Assembly: GCA_965649765.1 (NCBI GenBank)
Contig: OZ287749.1
Span: 73,284,001-73,348,000, forward strand
From: Bispira polyomma
Lineage: Eukaryota
Direction: 5' to 3'
Length of the DNA: 64,000 bases
Under the pieces are notes generated by a model. It saw only the letters and a list, made by a program, of their open reading frames with translations. It ran no database searches and was not told the DNA's origin. How positions within the stretch are numbered: position 1 is the stretch's first letter; the number at the start of each line of letters is the position of its first letter. The position numbers and the translations under genes were made by a program. Below are positions 12,870 through 25,200 of this stretch, piece by piece.

Positions 12870-14263
12870 ATGGAGGTCGGATCATTAAACATCAATGTTG
12901 CTTCGAGGGAGGAATTCGAAGAACTGGTTGATATTGAACTTGAGGGAATTTTGTCAAAAAATGGCAGGAGCATTTGAGCAGCTCAGTGAGAGAGTTACCT
13001 CAGAAATAAAATCTATTAGACAGGATGTCGGTGATCTAAGGGAAGAGGTACAACGAAGGTCGTCAGTTTCTAGCAGGTCAAGTGGTAGTGGATGTGATCT
13101 GAAGAAGCAGCGTGTCATAAAACCAAAGCTGAGAGGTGCTGAAGGTGGTCAATCACTTTCTGGTAGCGGATCGAAGCCCGAGCGGAGGTCAGGTTCCAGT
13201 AGAGCGTAAAGCGGCACTGATCGTGGGAAACGTCATGTTTTTGAACAGGTGCAGCTAGAGCTACATAAACAAGCTGCAATAGATGACCTTGAGTAATCTT
13301 ACGAACAAGCACGACAGCTGAAACAAGAAAGATTTGACTTCAAGCGGGTATATCTTGCCAGATCTGAGAGAAGTCGAGCTGAGTTACTGCAGTCAGATTT
13401 AGAGGTTTGAAGGGTTTTTTGACAAAACTGAACCTGTATTGGCAATTCACTGGGACATCCTGAGTATCGAGCAGCGAGAGGATGAAGCTCTTGAGAAGTA
13501 CCTTGCTCGATTACAGACAATGATACTGAGGGCATACCTAGACTCCAGTCAGTCTGACCAAGATAACACCTTGTTCATCGAGGTTTTCCTAAAAGGGTGC
13601 AGAGAGAAGGCAGCTGTTCTTTCCCTTTGTGATAAGAATCTGACCAATCTGGAGGAGGCTTATAAATGGGTGAAGGCAGCCTCGCTGTACAGGAAAGCGG
13701 TTCTGGGAAAGAAGGGCCAGGCAAAGAAGGTCAACTGGGTACAGACAAGAACCTCAGACAACAGTAGTAACAGCGAAGAACTGAATACTTCCGCCGAAGA
13801 AAGACCTCTGGTACAAAGTATCCAAAATAAATCAAATCTGTTACCACAACCGAGGAAGCAACCAGATAAATCATCTGCAGAAACGGAGATGCGGGACTTA
13901 AAGAGTATGCTTGGGAAGATGTTGATCCTCCTACAGAATCAATCAAATAGTAACCAGGGATACAGGTTTCCACCGAGAAATCAAGGTTGTTTTAGATGCG
14001 GTTCCCCAAGTTACATTGTGAGGCAATGTCCACAACGTGGTAAAGGTTCACCCCATAACAGTCCTAATCGGAGCGATGATCCAAATTGGCGTTCCAAATG
14101 CAACTCTCACGGTGCATCATCTCATAATGGGAAACCGAGAAATCAAGGTTATCGGTCACCACTGCCAAGAAATGCTGGCAATGGACACCGATCACCTCAG
14201 CACGTCAACAGGGAGTGCGAGGTTGGAACGCAACTTCCTGGACTTCATAGAAGTCATCAATAA
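12870..14263 (+). pseudogene. Gypsy-type Gag, frameshifted
   Basis: Capsid-like segment QREDEALEKYLARLQ...FLKGCREKAAV...LEEAYKWVK; degenerate CCHC knuckle CFRCGSPSYIVRQC; N-terminus MEVGSLNINVASREEFEEL at 12870. Confidence 0.8.
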
Positions 14264-14487
14264 GTCTGCAACATGCAACAAGCATAAAGAAACAGCAAAA
14301 CCTTTTACCACAAGAACTGGATGGGAAACTAGGATGCCAAACCACCTGTCAGATTGTCGTAGTTAATTGTGTAGTTAAGTGCAAGCAAAGGTTTGGTTGG
14401 CATGTGTTGACGGGTGAAGGGTAAGAACTAATCAATCTCTTCCAGAACTGTCACTCCATACCTATGAGATTTTCTTGTTTCTTGCAG

Positions 14488-16696
14488 ATGGAGAGAGGTA
14501 AGTCATCTTACCAGGGAGGTAGACCCCCTAGTAGGGGTAGAGGGTTAGAACGTGATGGCGAAGGTAGGAGTCGATATACTTCTCACTTACTCACAGATTC
14601 CTCCAGGTACGGACCCTACAGAAGAGACGACAGGTATCCTCAAACCGATTCCTCCAGAAATAACCAGACTAGGATAGGAGTCATCATACCGATTACTACA
14701 GACAAGATGGGCATAGGCCACAAGATAGAGATAGGAGTCGACCAGCTGATTTCTACTCGCGTCAAGATGAAGAATATCATCCGAGTCCTCATCACACCAC
14801 CACCAAAGATGAGGATGAGTCTGTCATCATAATCTTGATGGACATATATGACGCCCAAGTTATCAGGGCGAGCCTTAATCATCCTGAAAACAGAAGGACA
14901 CCATTTGACAGGGGGATCTTGCTGGAAAGTTGTCTGGTAGACCTCAGGACCATATCCACCTGGAGAAGGTCAGTCAGGTTAAGGGCATCAGCTGCTGTGG
15001 GAGCCCCCCCCCCCCCCCACCCCCACCGAAGACATCCTCTAGTGAAGCTACTCAATCACGGTCCGAGCAGCCTATCAGATCAGGTAGTCAGTTATCACAG
15101 GGAACCACATTTACCTACTGGGGGATATGGCAGAAGCGGAGATTTGACTCTAGAAGCAAGAATGCAATTTCTTGAAGACCTTTTGGTGTAGATATGCAGC
15201 GCCTTGGATTGTGATAGCTTTTCTGAGCTATTGGACAAAAGTTATTAAACTGAAATATTATCCCTTAACTGACAGAACATACAAGATAACTGATGCTGAT
15301 ATGCAGTTAATGGATCAGTTTAATATGTGGTCGGACTCGAGACATTTACAGCATACTCCAACCATCAGTCCACCAAATCTTGTAGCTTCTCTAGTACAGT
15401 GGAGAGCCTTGGCTAAATTAATCAATTGTATCGGGGAAGAAAATATACATGCAGAATACACCAATGTAGAGAAATTAAGAGTGACAGCTACAATTGAATC
15501 TGATGAGTAAACCAGAAGAAACATTTTTCAGATCAACATCAGATGCCTTTAGGGAATACCGGAACAGTAAGAACAAGTCTGTCAAAGTCGACATGGATAA
15601 GAGGGAAAAGTCAATGAGTTCTTACAAAGAGTCAGAATTTATTGTTCTGGACAGTTTGTCTACAGAGGAGTTAGTCTCTTCTGAGAAACGTATGGAAAAT
15701 GAGGATGACAAGGGCACAGGCGTCAACCTCTTCTGCTTGTACCAGTACATTATCATATTCAGATGTTTTGCAGACAACACCAGTAGTGAAACCAAGAATG
15801 AATAAATCACTACCAGCATTATTAGAATTGCCATATATCAAGGGGGAGAGGGAATCCAGATTGGTTTGCTTGGTAAGTAATCCAGTGAAAGAGTGGTTTA
15901 ACATCTTTGGATGAGATTTTGGTCAATGGACCCATGCCTTGTTCTCCAATTCAGTTAGAGGCTGAGATAGCAAATTTCATAGATGGGGTCCCAGATAGGA
16001 AAGTTAGACAAGAATTGTGTCGGGACCAAAGGTTGTTCTTCTCCTTCGGGGTGCATCCTAAGCGTGCAAATAAGATAACCCGTGAAGAAATGAAGGCACT
16101 CAAGCGTGTACTGGTTAAGGAACTTGATATGTAGGAATTGGGGAGATGAGTTATGATTTAACTGACGGATGCAGCACCTTCATGGACAAACCAAGGTGTT
16201 GAGGGAGCAGCTGCAAATGTGCATGAGCCAAGAGATGTGGTCGACAGTGATTGTGATCCATTGTCGAGATTATGCAGACTCCTGTATGGCCAGTGACTGT
16301 TGCCTGAACACAATGGCTAGAGAGCTTCCTAAGGTTCACCAAGCAACTTACAAGATCTATAGGCACTGCTACAATAGGAAAGTTAGCGAGAAAGATGCCT
16401 GGTTAGGAGAATATCCGAACATTATGTTTGGTTTTACAGGTCTGTTGCTCAAAAAGGAACTTCACCCCGAGTTGGAGGAGGTGGTTAGATCATTACCTTC
16501 TACAAAAATATTGTTAAAGTCTGATTCACCCCATCTGTTGCTGCCGAGTTTCAGAAGTGACGCTTACAACACACCCTATGATGTTGATGAAGTGGCAAGG
16601 AGGATAGCGTTTCTGTGTGGCACAACTGTACAAGCGGTTTTAACAATCACCTGTGTCAATGCCAAGAGGTTGTATGGAAAGTTAGCAATATTGTAA
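14488..16696 (+). pseudogene. Retroelement ORF3: low-complexity N-terminus plus C-terminal TatD-family (TATDN2-like) nuclease domain; frameshifted
   Basis: TatD motifs in order: FSFGVHP, VGIGEMSYD (16131, other frame), QTKVLREQL, VIHCRD, YKIYRHCY, YPNIMFGFTG, KILLKSDSP, NTP, NAKRLY. Confidence 0.85.
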
Positions 16697-17216
16697 GGAG
16701 GGTTAGGGCCAGCAGGTTGCTGAAAACTAAGTTATAATGTGTTGGGAAGGTAAGCAGGTTAAAACACTTTTTTCCGTTAAAGTATTTTCAGGCGATGAGC
16801 GAATTAAGGTAAATCACCTGCTACTTATACCACAAGGGTTTCTGGTAAGGAAATTGAACTCCTTTACCATAAAACAGAACCTTTCGTTGACAGGGAAGAG
16901 TGTGGTGATTCACGAGTTACGCAGAACTCGTTCTTCATGAAGGGAACTCTTGCTTTGGGCCGTAGAAAGTGAAGGTCGCCGGAAAGCTATGCAGTTCGCC
17001 AAACAAATAATGACAGCCATATTGAAGGACATAATATAGAACCGGGAGATTTAAACAGTAAACTGTGACAGATACCTAGGCAGATATATAGTGTGTGAGA
17101 GTATACAGAGATATAGTGTGTGATCGTGTAGCAGTATATACACGGGAACAACGTGCGCTACTGGAGTTTATAAAACAGCAAGTTCACTTTAATAGCACTA
17201 TTAAGTTGATCAGCAG

Positions 17217-17890
17217 GGGCGGTATTCACAAAGATGGATCAAGCTGAGCGAAAAATCAGCTCAAGATCAGCTCAAAAAAAGGCTCAGCTGATCTTTGGAT
17301 CAAATCAGTATTCACAAAGCAAAGATCAGCTGAGCCAAAAATTAGATAATTTTTAAACAACAAAAACACAAGTTCAAGTTTCTATACATGTTAAACAGCT
17401 GTTATATGAATTAATTTCCGTTTAAATTATATTTTGATGCATTAGGTTGATTATTGTAAGCAAAAGAATATTTTAAATATTTTTGGTTTAAATCCAAAAC
17501 TTAAGCTCCGCCCACTTTTGATCGGGGGGGGGGGGGGAATACACAAAACATAGCCTCTTTTCACAACAATTTAAACCAACATAGAACTGTAAATAGCTAC
17601 TCTTAAAATGACATATGTAAAGATAAAGAATCATAGATAATTTATCAATGATTTATTTTATGAAAGCATTGTTAGTTTGTATATTACAAAGTTCCAAACT
17701 TTGATCCAAATCTTGATCCACCTAAATGGATGGATCAAAGTTAAGCCAAAAGATAAGTGAAAAATCAGCTCAACTTTTTAGTGAATACCAAACTTGATCT
17801 GATCCAAAAATTTGAGCTGATTTTTGGCTCGGCTAATTTTTGGCTCAACTTGAGCTGATTTTTCGTTGATCCCTTTTGTGAATACGGCCC
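17217..17890. mobile_element. PIF/Harbinger-like MITE
   Basis: TIRs GGGCGGTATTCACAAA / TTTGTGAATACGGCCC, internal subterminal repeats, CAG/GAG flanks. Confidence 0.75.
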
Positions 17891-18032
17891 GAGGCCATGA
17901 TCAAGCCTTAACATGAATAATATTATTGTGCAGAAGTGGTATTAAACATTTAAGTAAGACTTTTAAAATATGCAGGAAATTTGTGCACTTGGAAAAAGGT
18001 TGCTTTTGTTGTATACAAAGAATACCTCTATA

Positions 18033-18250
18033 CTGGTCAGTTGCGTGAATTTCGTCACCCACTAGCGAATTTCGCCACCCGAAATAAACAAGTTTAGAAA
18101 CTGTTTTTCTGGAATTGAATCAATGTAAAATATTGTATTACGCGTAAATTATTGCTTTATGAATTCCAAATCACGAAATTACTGCTATATAGTGCCAAAA
18201 AATGTCAAGTGGCGAAATTCACTGGCGGGCGAAATTCACTGGCTGAGCAG
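18033..18250. mobile_element. MITE, TA-flanked
   Basis: TA|CTGGTCAG..GAATTTCG repeats versus CGAAATTCAC..CTGAGCAG|TA. Confidence 0.65.
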
Positions 18251-19049
18251 TAGCTATATATAAGGATAATGTTGAAATGTCATAGAAATCCGATTTATGG
18301 ATAAGAGTTAAACTCTATGTTCAACTAATGCCTTACCATTATGACTTTTGTATATAACATCTTCCAGTAATGAGTAATTCCAGAGATATGACAAAGATAT
18401 TAAGGGTCATAAACCAAAATCTTCTAATACTGAACACGTCTGAAAAGTGAACAATTTGGCAAACGAGTATTTACTCAACGGATGTTTTTCTGTATTACAT
18501 AAGAGCTATTTAAGAAGGTTTTATATGTGCCTTTATGTATTTCAATTAAGTTTCCTAAATAGCCAAATGTATCTTAGGAACATCATTTGACAAGTATTTT
18601 CTGAGATATAGTTTGTCTTGTTTCTCAACATTCTAAATAAGTTCAGAGCACAATGTCAATATCCACACTCCTAAATATAAATTTGGAACAACCTCAGTAA
18701 ATTTTAGTTTTCAGTTTGGTATAACCCACAATGGGTATTCACTTGTCAATCACTTCTTCATTGTCGCATTTCTATGGCTGCATACATGCTATGCTATCAC
18801 ACATGGCACAAAGATGAACACCAATTTTTTATCTGTATGGAGGGCAATTTTGTGTGATGTGCCTTATAATCTCAAAAATTGGAATGAGGTCACAGAGAGT
18901 CAAAGACCACTAATATTAAATTCCTCTTGGTAATAGCTTAAAGGTCAGAGTCACAAGTCAATGCATTATAAGGCATTTATAAAGTGCCAAATTGATGAGA
19001 ACATCCTCTCAGGCGCTGATATTCCAAAAGGGGAGGTCCAAGGGCAAGC

Positions 19050-21250
19050 AAAAGGTTGTTACCAAAATGCATCCACCAGAGAAGAAAATTAGGATGGGGA
19101 CATGGTAAGTTTGAAGATGGCTTCTAAAACCAGTAATTGTAACCTATGATCAGACCATCTGCGGGAGCATGTTTTATTCAACAGGAACCGTGACAGCGAA
19201 GCAGTTCCTGCCAATTTTCCTATTTGGTCAATTTGAGTAAAAAGAGAGGCGGTTAAGGCTATACTAGATTTAATGAGCGAGGACAAATAAGGAGGTTGGT
19301 CGAGTTTCATAGCTTTGCAGAAGGTTGTATTTTAAAAAAATATGCTAGTCGACAGGTTAGCCAGTGAAGTTTGTTTAGATATAGTGAGACATAGATGAAA
19401 TTGTCAAGCTTGTACACAACATGGCAAGGGGATTTTGGACTGGTTGGAGCCTTAATATATGCACCTTACTAACAGCAAGGAATTGCAATAGTCTAGCCAT
19501 ATATTCACCATGGCTTTTGCCACCTGAACAATTTTAAGACTGAGATACTTGCATATTCGGTGCAGATCGTGTAGATGGTAATTGCAGGCCCAACAGATGC
19601 TGGCTACATGACTACTGTAAGAGTTGTCTTGGTCAAAGATAACTTCAAGGCTCTTTACATTTCTTGCTGGTAGTGGTGTCATCGCCAGTGTATATTGTGA
19701 ATCGAGGCTGTGGAGTGGACCGTGAGCGATATCGCTGTATTTATCGTTATTGAAGCACATGGATTTTTAAAGTTAAATATTTTGTTAAGTTTCTAAATAA
19801 TCATATCCCCGACTACAGTCACAGTCACATAAATTAAAATAACTTATAAGTGTAACTCGTGTTTGCTGTGTACTGTATATAACCACAGCATTGAAAATCA
19901 GATAGAAGGTAATATATGCGAGCAATTACTGCCGAGTCAACGTTAAATATCCTTATATGGAAGTTGGTGCTTTGGGGTACTCCTAACGATGATACACATG
20001 AAAAATACATGCTGGAATAGATTAAAGCCGTTTTCGGGACATTTCGTTGATATATGATAGAATATATATTGCAAAATATTTTACTTTTTAATCCATGGGC
20101 TTTAAATGTATATATACATTTCTTTATTTTATTTGTGTGAGATGCATCGCGCACATTTGTAAACTCCCGATTATCGCCCAGGCATATCATCACCGGTGAA
20201 TGTGCGCAATCGTCGCTCGTGATGACACCACTACTTGCTGGTGACATTTGTTGTAAAGGCGTCTGATCAGGAGAAATGGTTTCAAGCTGTCTCGTGTAGC
20301 ATTTTTACCTGTAATAATACATTCAGTTTTGTCTGGGTTGTGTTCAAGTTTCATACTTCCCATCCATTTTTGCACAGCCTCAGCACATTTAGCCAACTCT
20401 GATATGCTGGATTCAATGTTACATTTAGTGCTAAGTCTATTTGTGTGTTGTCAGCATGCAGATGAGCCATGTTTAACTGACAGATTATATTACTGAAAGG
20501 AGTAGTGTACATGGTGAAGAGGACCCAATACCAAACCTTGGGGGACACCATCTTGGTTTTTCACTTTCTAAAATGTAGGTAGGACTGGATCCAACTAAGA
20601 ACATGCCATCAATGCCAAACCAATCAGTCACACATGGTCGATAGTGTCAAAGCTAACAGATAGGTCCAACGGTGTGAGGGCTACCGCTCTACCACTGTAA
20701 TCAGATATAATTTTGACTATTCATTGAGGTTGTCTCAGTTGCATGAAAGAATTTGTATGCCAGTTGTTTATATTTGAGGCCCATAAAGTCATTTAACTGC
20801 TTTCTCGATGCGTTTGGAGATGTAGCTCTTGTTCGATAGTTTTAAGAATATTTCTGTCAAGACTGGTACAAATTGGAGAAACATACATAGCTTTAAAGCC
20901 TTCCTGGAGAGAGAAATTGACAGTACTGCTAATGTGTGTAATAAGGATGTCTATACATTTCTTTACCAAACATGTTGCAATTAGATCCAGATCGCAGGAC
21001 TTATTTGGGGGATTGAAAAATTTTGAGTTCTTCATCGGACATAATCCAGGAGGTAAAATTGTTGCGTATGGTAGGTGGTGGGGAGGTATCAGAAGATGAC
21101 AAGCTGGATCGAAGTTTTGCAATATCTCTGTAAAAATTCTACAAAAAACATTTATCAAGTCTGCCACCTGCTTGCAGTCATGTAATACAACTGTAGAGCT
21201 TTGCGTATCTTTTCAATTGATTTGGGTTGTCGTTTTCGTCACAACATATC
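19050..21250 (-). mobile_element. Decayed L2/CR1-clade LINE, reverse transcriptase remnants
   Basis: Minus-strand fragments PNKSCDLDLIATCLVKKC, GVPQG, LFTMYTTP, HLHADNTQ (YADD-like), WM..MKL..NPDKTE, LDYCNSLL, PPYLSSL; many stops and frameshifts. Confidence 0.85.
19671..20233. mobile_element. hAT-type non-autonomous element nested in the LINE
   Basis: TIR TAGTGGTGTCATC / GATGACACCACTA; perfect 8-bp TSD CTTGCTGG on both sides. Confidence 0.88.
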
Positions 21251-21432
21251 AAGGGGGTCTATGGAAACCATGGAAGCCTAGATCTTGGCCAGTTTCAGTA
21301 AAAATTTTCACAGATGTATATTCAATGAATTGAATGTCCTGGAGTAGGTTTAGTATGCTTTGATGTGTTTTCTTGTTTATAAAAATATCTTGGGAAAGTC
21401 ACGGATAGATTTGCGAGTCTAATTCATATAGA

Positions 21433-22282
21433 ATTAGACCTAGCGCATCGGAGACCGATGCATATTTGTACTCACCAGAAGGTGAAATTTGACCACAGCA
21501 AAAGATTACCAGCCCATGATTTCCTATAGGTTGGTTTCACATGCAAAACCTGTTTGACGAAAAATGAGCGTGATATAAGCACTTTTTGGTTTGGCCATCC
21601 CTGTTTGACCTTGAAGGAGAGGCCCAATGTCAAATCTAAGCACATTAAAAGATTCCCTGATCATGATTTCCTATAGGTTGGTTCCACATCCCAACCTCTA
21701 CAACCAAAAACTCAGCCAGATATAGGCACTTTTAAGTTTAGCCATCTGCATTTGACCTTGAACGAGGGGCCCAAGGTCAAATCGGACCACATCAAAAGAT
21801 TTCCTGGTCATGATTTCCTATAGGTTGGTTTCAGATCCCAAACCTCTAGGACCAATATTAGGCGAGATATAGGGACTTTGGAAAAGTTTGGCCAAAATGG
21901 GTCACTTGGGGTACTTTTGCACTCTGTGGATGACCTTGAACAAGGAGATTCAAGGTCAAATGTCTGCATGCTTATAGAGGACATATATATCCATTAAACA
22001 TATCACCCGTAAAGAGATTGAACATTCTACAGCTGAGAAACAGACACAGTTAAAAGCCCGATTATTTTCAAAGAAACGCCTGTGGCGGCCATCTTGTTTT
22101 TCAAAATAAGGCCAAAATCACTCCTAGGCAAGCTTTTGTAATAAAGAGCATATGCTGTAAATTTCAGGAGCCTAGGTGTGAAAGTTTTCCCAGGAGAACG
22201 GTAAATTCTGTACACACACTGACGGCAGCAGCGTAACGAGATCTAATTCATAGTATTCACCGGAGTTGTCCGGTGGATACAA
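21433..22282 (+). mobile_element. Helentron-associated (HINE/pearl-like) element, family B
   Basis: 5' TAGACCTAGCGCAT; ~150-bp internal tandem repeats (CATGATTTCCTATAGGTTGG); 3' hairpin TTCACCGGA-GTTG-TCCGGTGGATAC; related copies at ~51170-53550 and 63675-64000. Confidence 0.7.
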
Positions 22283-25200
22283 TGAATTTAGTATAGATAA
22301 TTTACAGGTGTTACAACAATTAATTTAGCATGTTGTATGTTATAATGTTTATTTATAATAAGGGAGGAAAACTGTACAAGTCATTATGTTATAACCCACT
22401 TTTTAATCAATGAAATAACAGTCAGTTTAGTTGAAACACACTAAATGTTTCTTCGTCTTTACAATTTCAGCTGTTACTCAGGTTATAAAAGTAATCTTTA
22501 ATTTTTTTACACAACAAAGCAATAAACTGCAAAGAAAAAAACAACAACAAAGCAAAAGGCTTGATTTATGGTGCAAAATAATTTGACAGAACAATCCTGA
22601 TTGTTGAATATAAACTTACTTTTAGACAATTATGTACATATAAATGTGTGCTAAGTTAAGGATACTACACAAATACAAATTCTTTTGTGCAATTTTCTAT
22701 GTCTTAGCAATTTTCTATGCCTTAGCAATTTCCTATGCCTTAGCAATTTCCTATGCCTTAGCAACTCTACCCTCACCTTCAAATATTGTTCCTTGCAACT
22801 CTGTCCCACAAAATAGTACAAGGCATATTGTCTTTAAAATAACAATACACAACATTGGGAACACCGAGGTGATGGAAATTTACTATACAACAAAAAAAAT
22901 TAAATTGAATCTATCTTTATCATTTACTATATTTTTTTATTATATCAGTAAACACAGAGAAAGCACAACTAGGTTACAATGTCTTGCTTTGTATATGTAT
23001 ATATATGCTGCTTCTACTATAGCAAGCTTGATATGGACCAATTTTATGTGGCCAGATTAACACTGCATATTCACCAAAAAAGTGCAATAGACATTAACAA
23101 AGAATCTAATCTAATCAAACTTTTATAGCACTTAATCTCCATAATAGTTCATTCCAAAGAACATTTATCAAATTCAGGTCTCGTAAGATCCTTCAACGGA
23201 AGGTAGTCATATCCAAAGAGATGCCAGAATGAATTAGGAAGGTAAAGTCTTGCCAAAAAAGTAGGTTTAGAATAATAAATAAAAAAAAAGAATAATAAGC
23301 TAAAAACATATTAAATTCTACGGATTAGGCGACATTAGCAGCTTAAATAGTCAATCTTACACACAGCAGACAGAATAGAGGTTAACTAGTACAAAAACCT
23401 TAACATAAATATCTTAAAAGGAATTTACCAGTTCACAACAGCTAACAAAACAAAACAATGATAATATATGAATCTTGCATTGACCACTACAGAAACTGTC
23501 GGGGGGAAAAAGTTGGGGAATATTTTATACAAGAGTTGTACGTTATTTATATTATTGTACAAAATTAACATTTCTGTAGCCAGTTCAGTTATTTATAGAG
23601 ATTATCATAATGTTGTAGCCTTCAAGCAATAATGCTGAAATTAAATCGGATACTCTTCACAAATTATTATCTTTAACCACTGGTTAAAATTAGTATATAA
23701 ACTATTATAACAGAGACATTATACCTTCACGCTTTTATTTCAACCACCCAAAGTTAAATTGAGTGTTTAAGTTTTGAAAAAAGCAAAGTTCCCTCACTGC
23801 CTGATGGACACAGTGCAAATTCCACATGTATACTAAAGTTTCTATGTTTGGATAACCTTTTTGATGGACTGCAGGACTTTAGGAGTGTTTGCATTAAAGT
23901 AAAACATTGTCGAAGAATTTCTTTTTGCATGATTTAATATATTTAGTCCCCACCAGTATTTGTATTCATGGTTTCATTACTTCTGTCAAGGATGTTAGGT
24001 TTTTGCCACTGGCTGGATTATTGGTCACCAGGATCACCACAACCAACCTCTTTGGGTGACCAAGGTATTGTCCAGACTAAGAGCAGAATAATCTGATCAG
24101 AAAATTACTGTCAAATATTGTCCTGGGTGTTCTCAAGGTGAACTTTGGCCACACACTGTTTTCAACAGGAATATTGTTAATCTTATTTAATTAATGGTCT
24201 AATAAGAGTGTACCTCCAAGTTCAGTTTAGGCTGGCCTTGATAAATATAAAAGACTGCTTACAATTTAATCATCTGAACTCCAAAATAGTCGCCCATCCA
24301 AAAAAAAGATGAGGGGGGAGGAAATATGCAACCATTTACCTAACAAAAGGAAAATTCCCAATCACCATTAGAAATATTAAAATAACCCCCCAAAAACCTT
24401 ATACTTAGTAAGACACCAGTCACCAGTAGACCTGAATAATATTTTACTGTAATTACACACGTCTTTAAAGAATGTCTGACATGCACCTCTTGGGAGATTA
24501 TATCCCAACGACCCCATGTTTACACACAGATATGTATAACAGGTTTCTCCACTCTCCAGTACTGTACACTTAGAACTAATTCTTTTCAAAATTTACAAAT
24601 TGAGTTCAATGCTACTTTAGAACAGAATTTATCCCAGATTCATCTTAAATCTCCAAATTAAAGATAATGTAAACAGGAAATGTTGGTTGTTGAACATCCT
24701 TCTATACTCAACTCTATGCGGCAAAACCAACAAACAAATCCCTTTTTCTTCTTCATGGTGAATGGTGAAATGGTGGAGCATTAAAGTACATGTAAGAGGA
24801 ACATTTCAATTTGTAATCGGGAAACAGTTCAGTTTATCACCCATATAAAGTTTGACGTGAACATTGTTGGTTATCAAGTGTATACAAGTTATAATATGGT
24901 GGAAGTGAAAACTAAAGTGATTAATTCAAAAGGAACATGGCAAGTAATCAACCATATTAATTAAATATAAAATTGGTTTATGTAAATGGATTTCAAACAG
25001 TCTTTTTTTCCTTTTTTTTGTCAATTAGATTTATCTGTTAGGCTCTGTTTACTGAGGAAGTCACATACAACCAGCTAATCAATGCCGATCGCAATAGTGA
25101 CAAATTAATTTTAGCAAATCATCGATCAAAATAAGAACATCTTGAAATATATCAAGTGTTCTTATTTTTTTCTTAAGAAAACTTATGCATTGATACAATA

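Larger units (their letters stand above)
8128..17200 (+). mobile_element. Decayed Gypsy/Ty3-like LTR retroelement with TatD-containing third ORF; pol deleted, 3' LTR not seen, right end approximate
   Basis: Putative 5' LTR plus PBS, gag with zinc knuckle, pol C-terminal remnant and downstream TatD ORF, all on the + strand. Confidence 0.75.

Noticed and set aside
15907-16696. Functional host TATDN gene
   Set aside because: Intronless, frameshifted, N-terminal HxH motif not recognisable, and embedded co-linearly in a retroelement.
16700-19000. 3' LTR and polypurine tract of the Gypsy element
   Set aside because: No second copy of 8128-9069 found by eye; region is interrupted by MITEs, so the right boundary and TSD cannot be set.
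22644-23060. 138-aa ORF with LAI(F/S)YA repeats
   Set aside because: Driven by an 18-bp tandem repeat in the probable UBR 3' region; no family resemblance.
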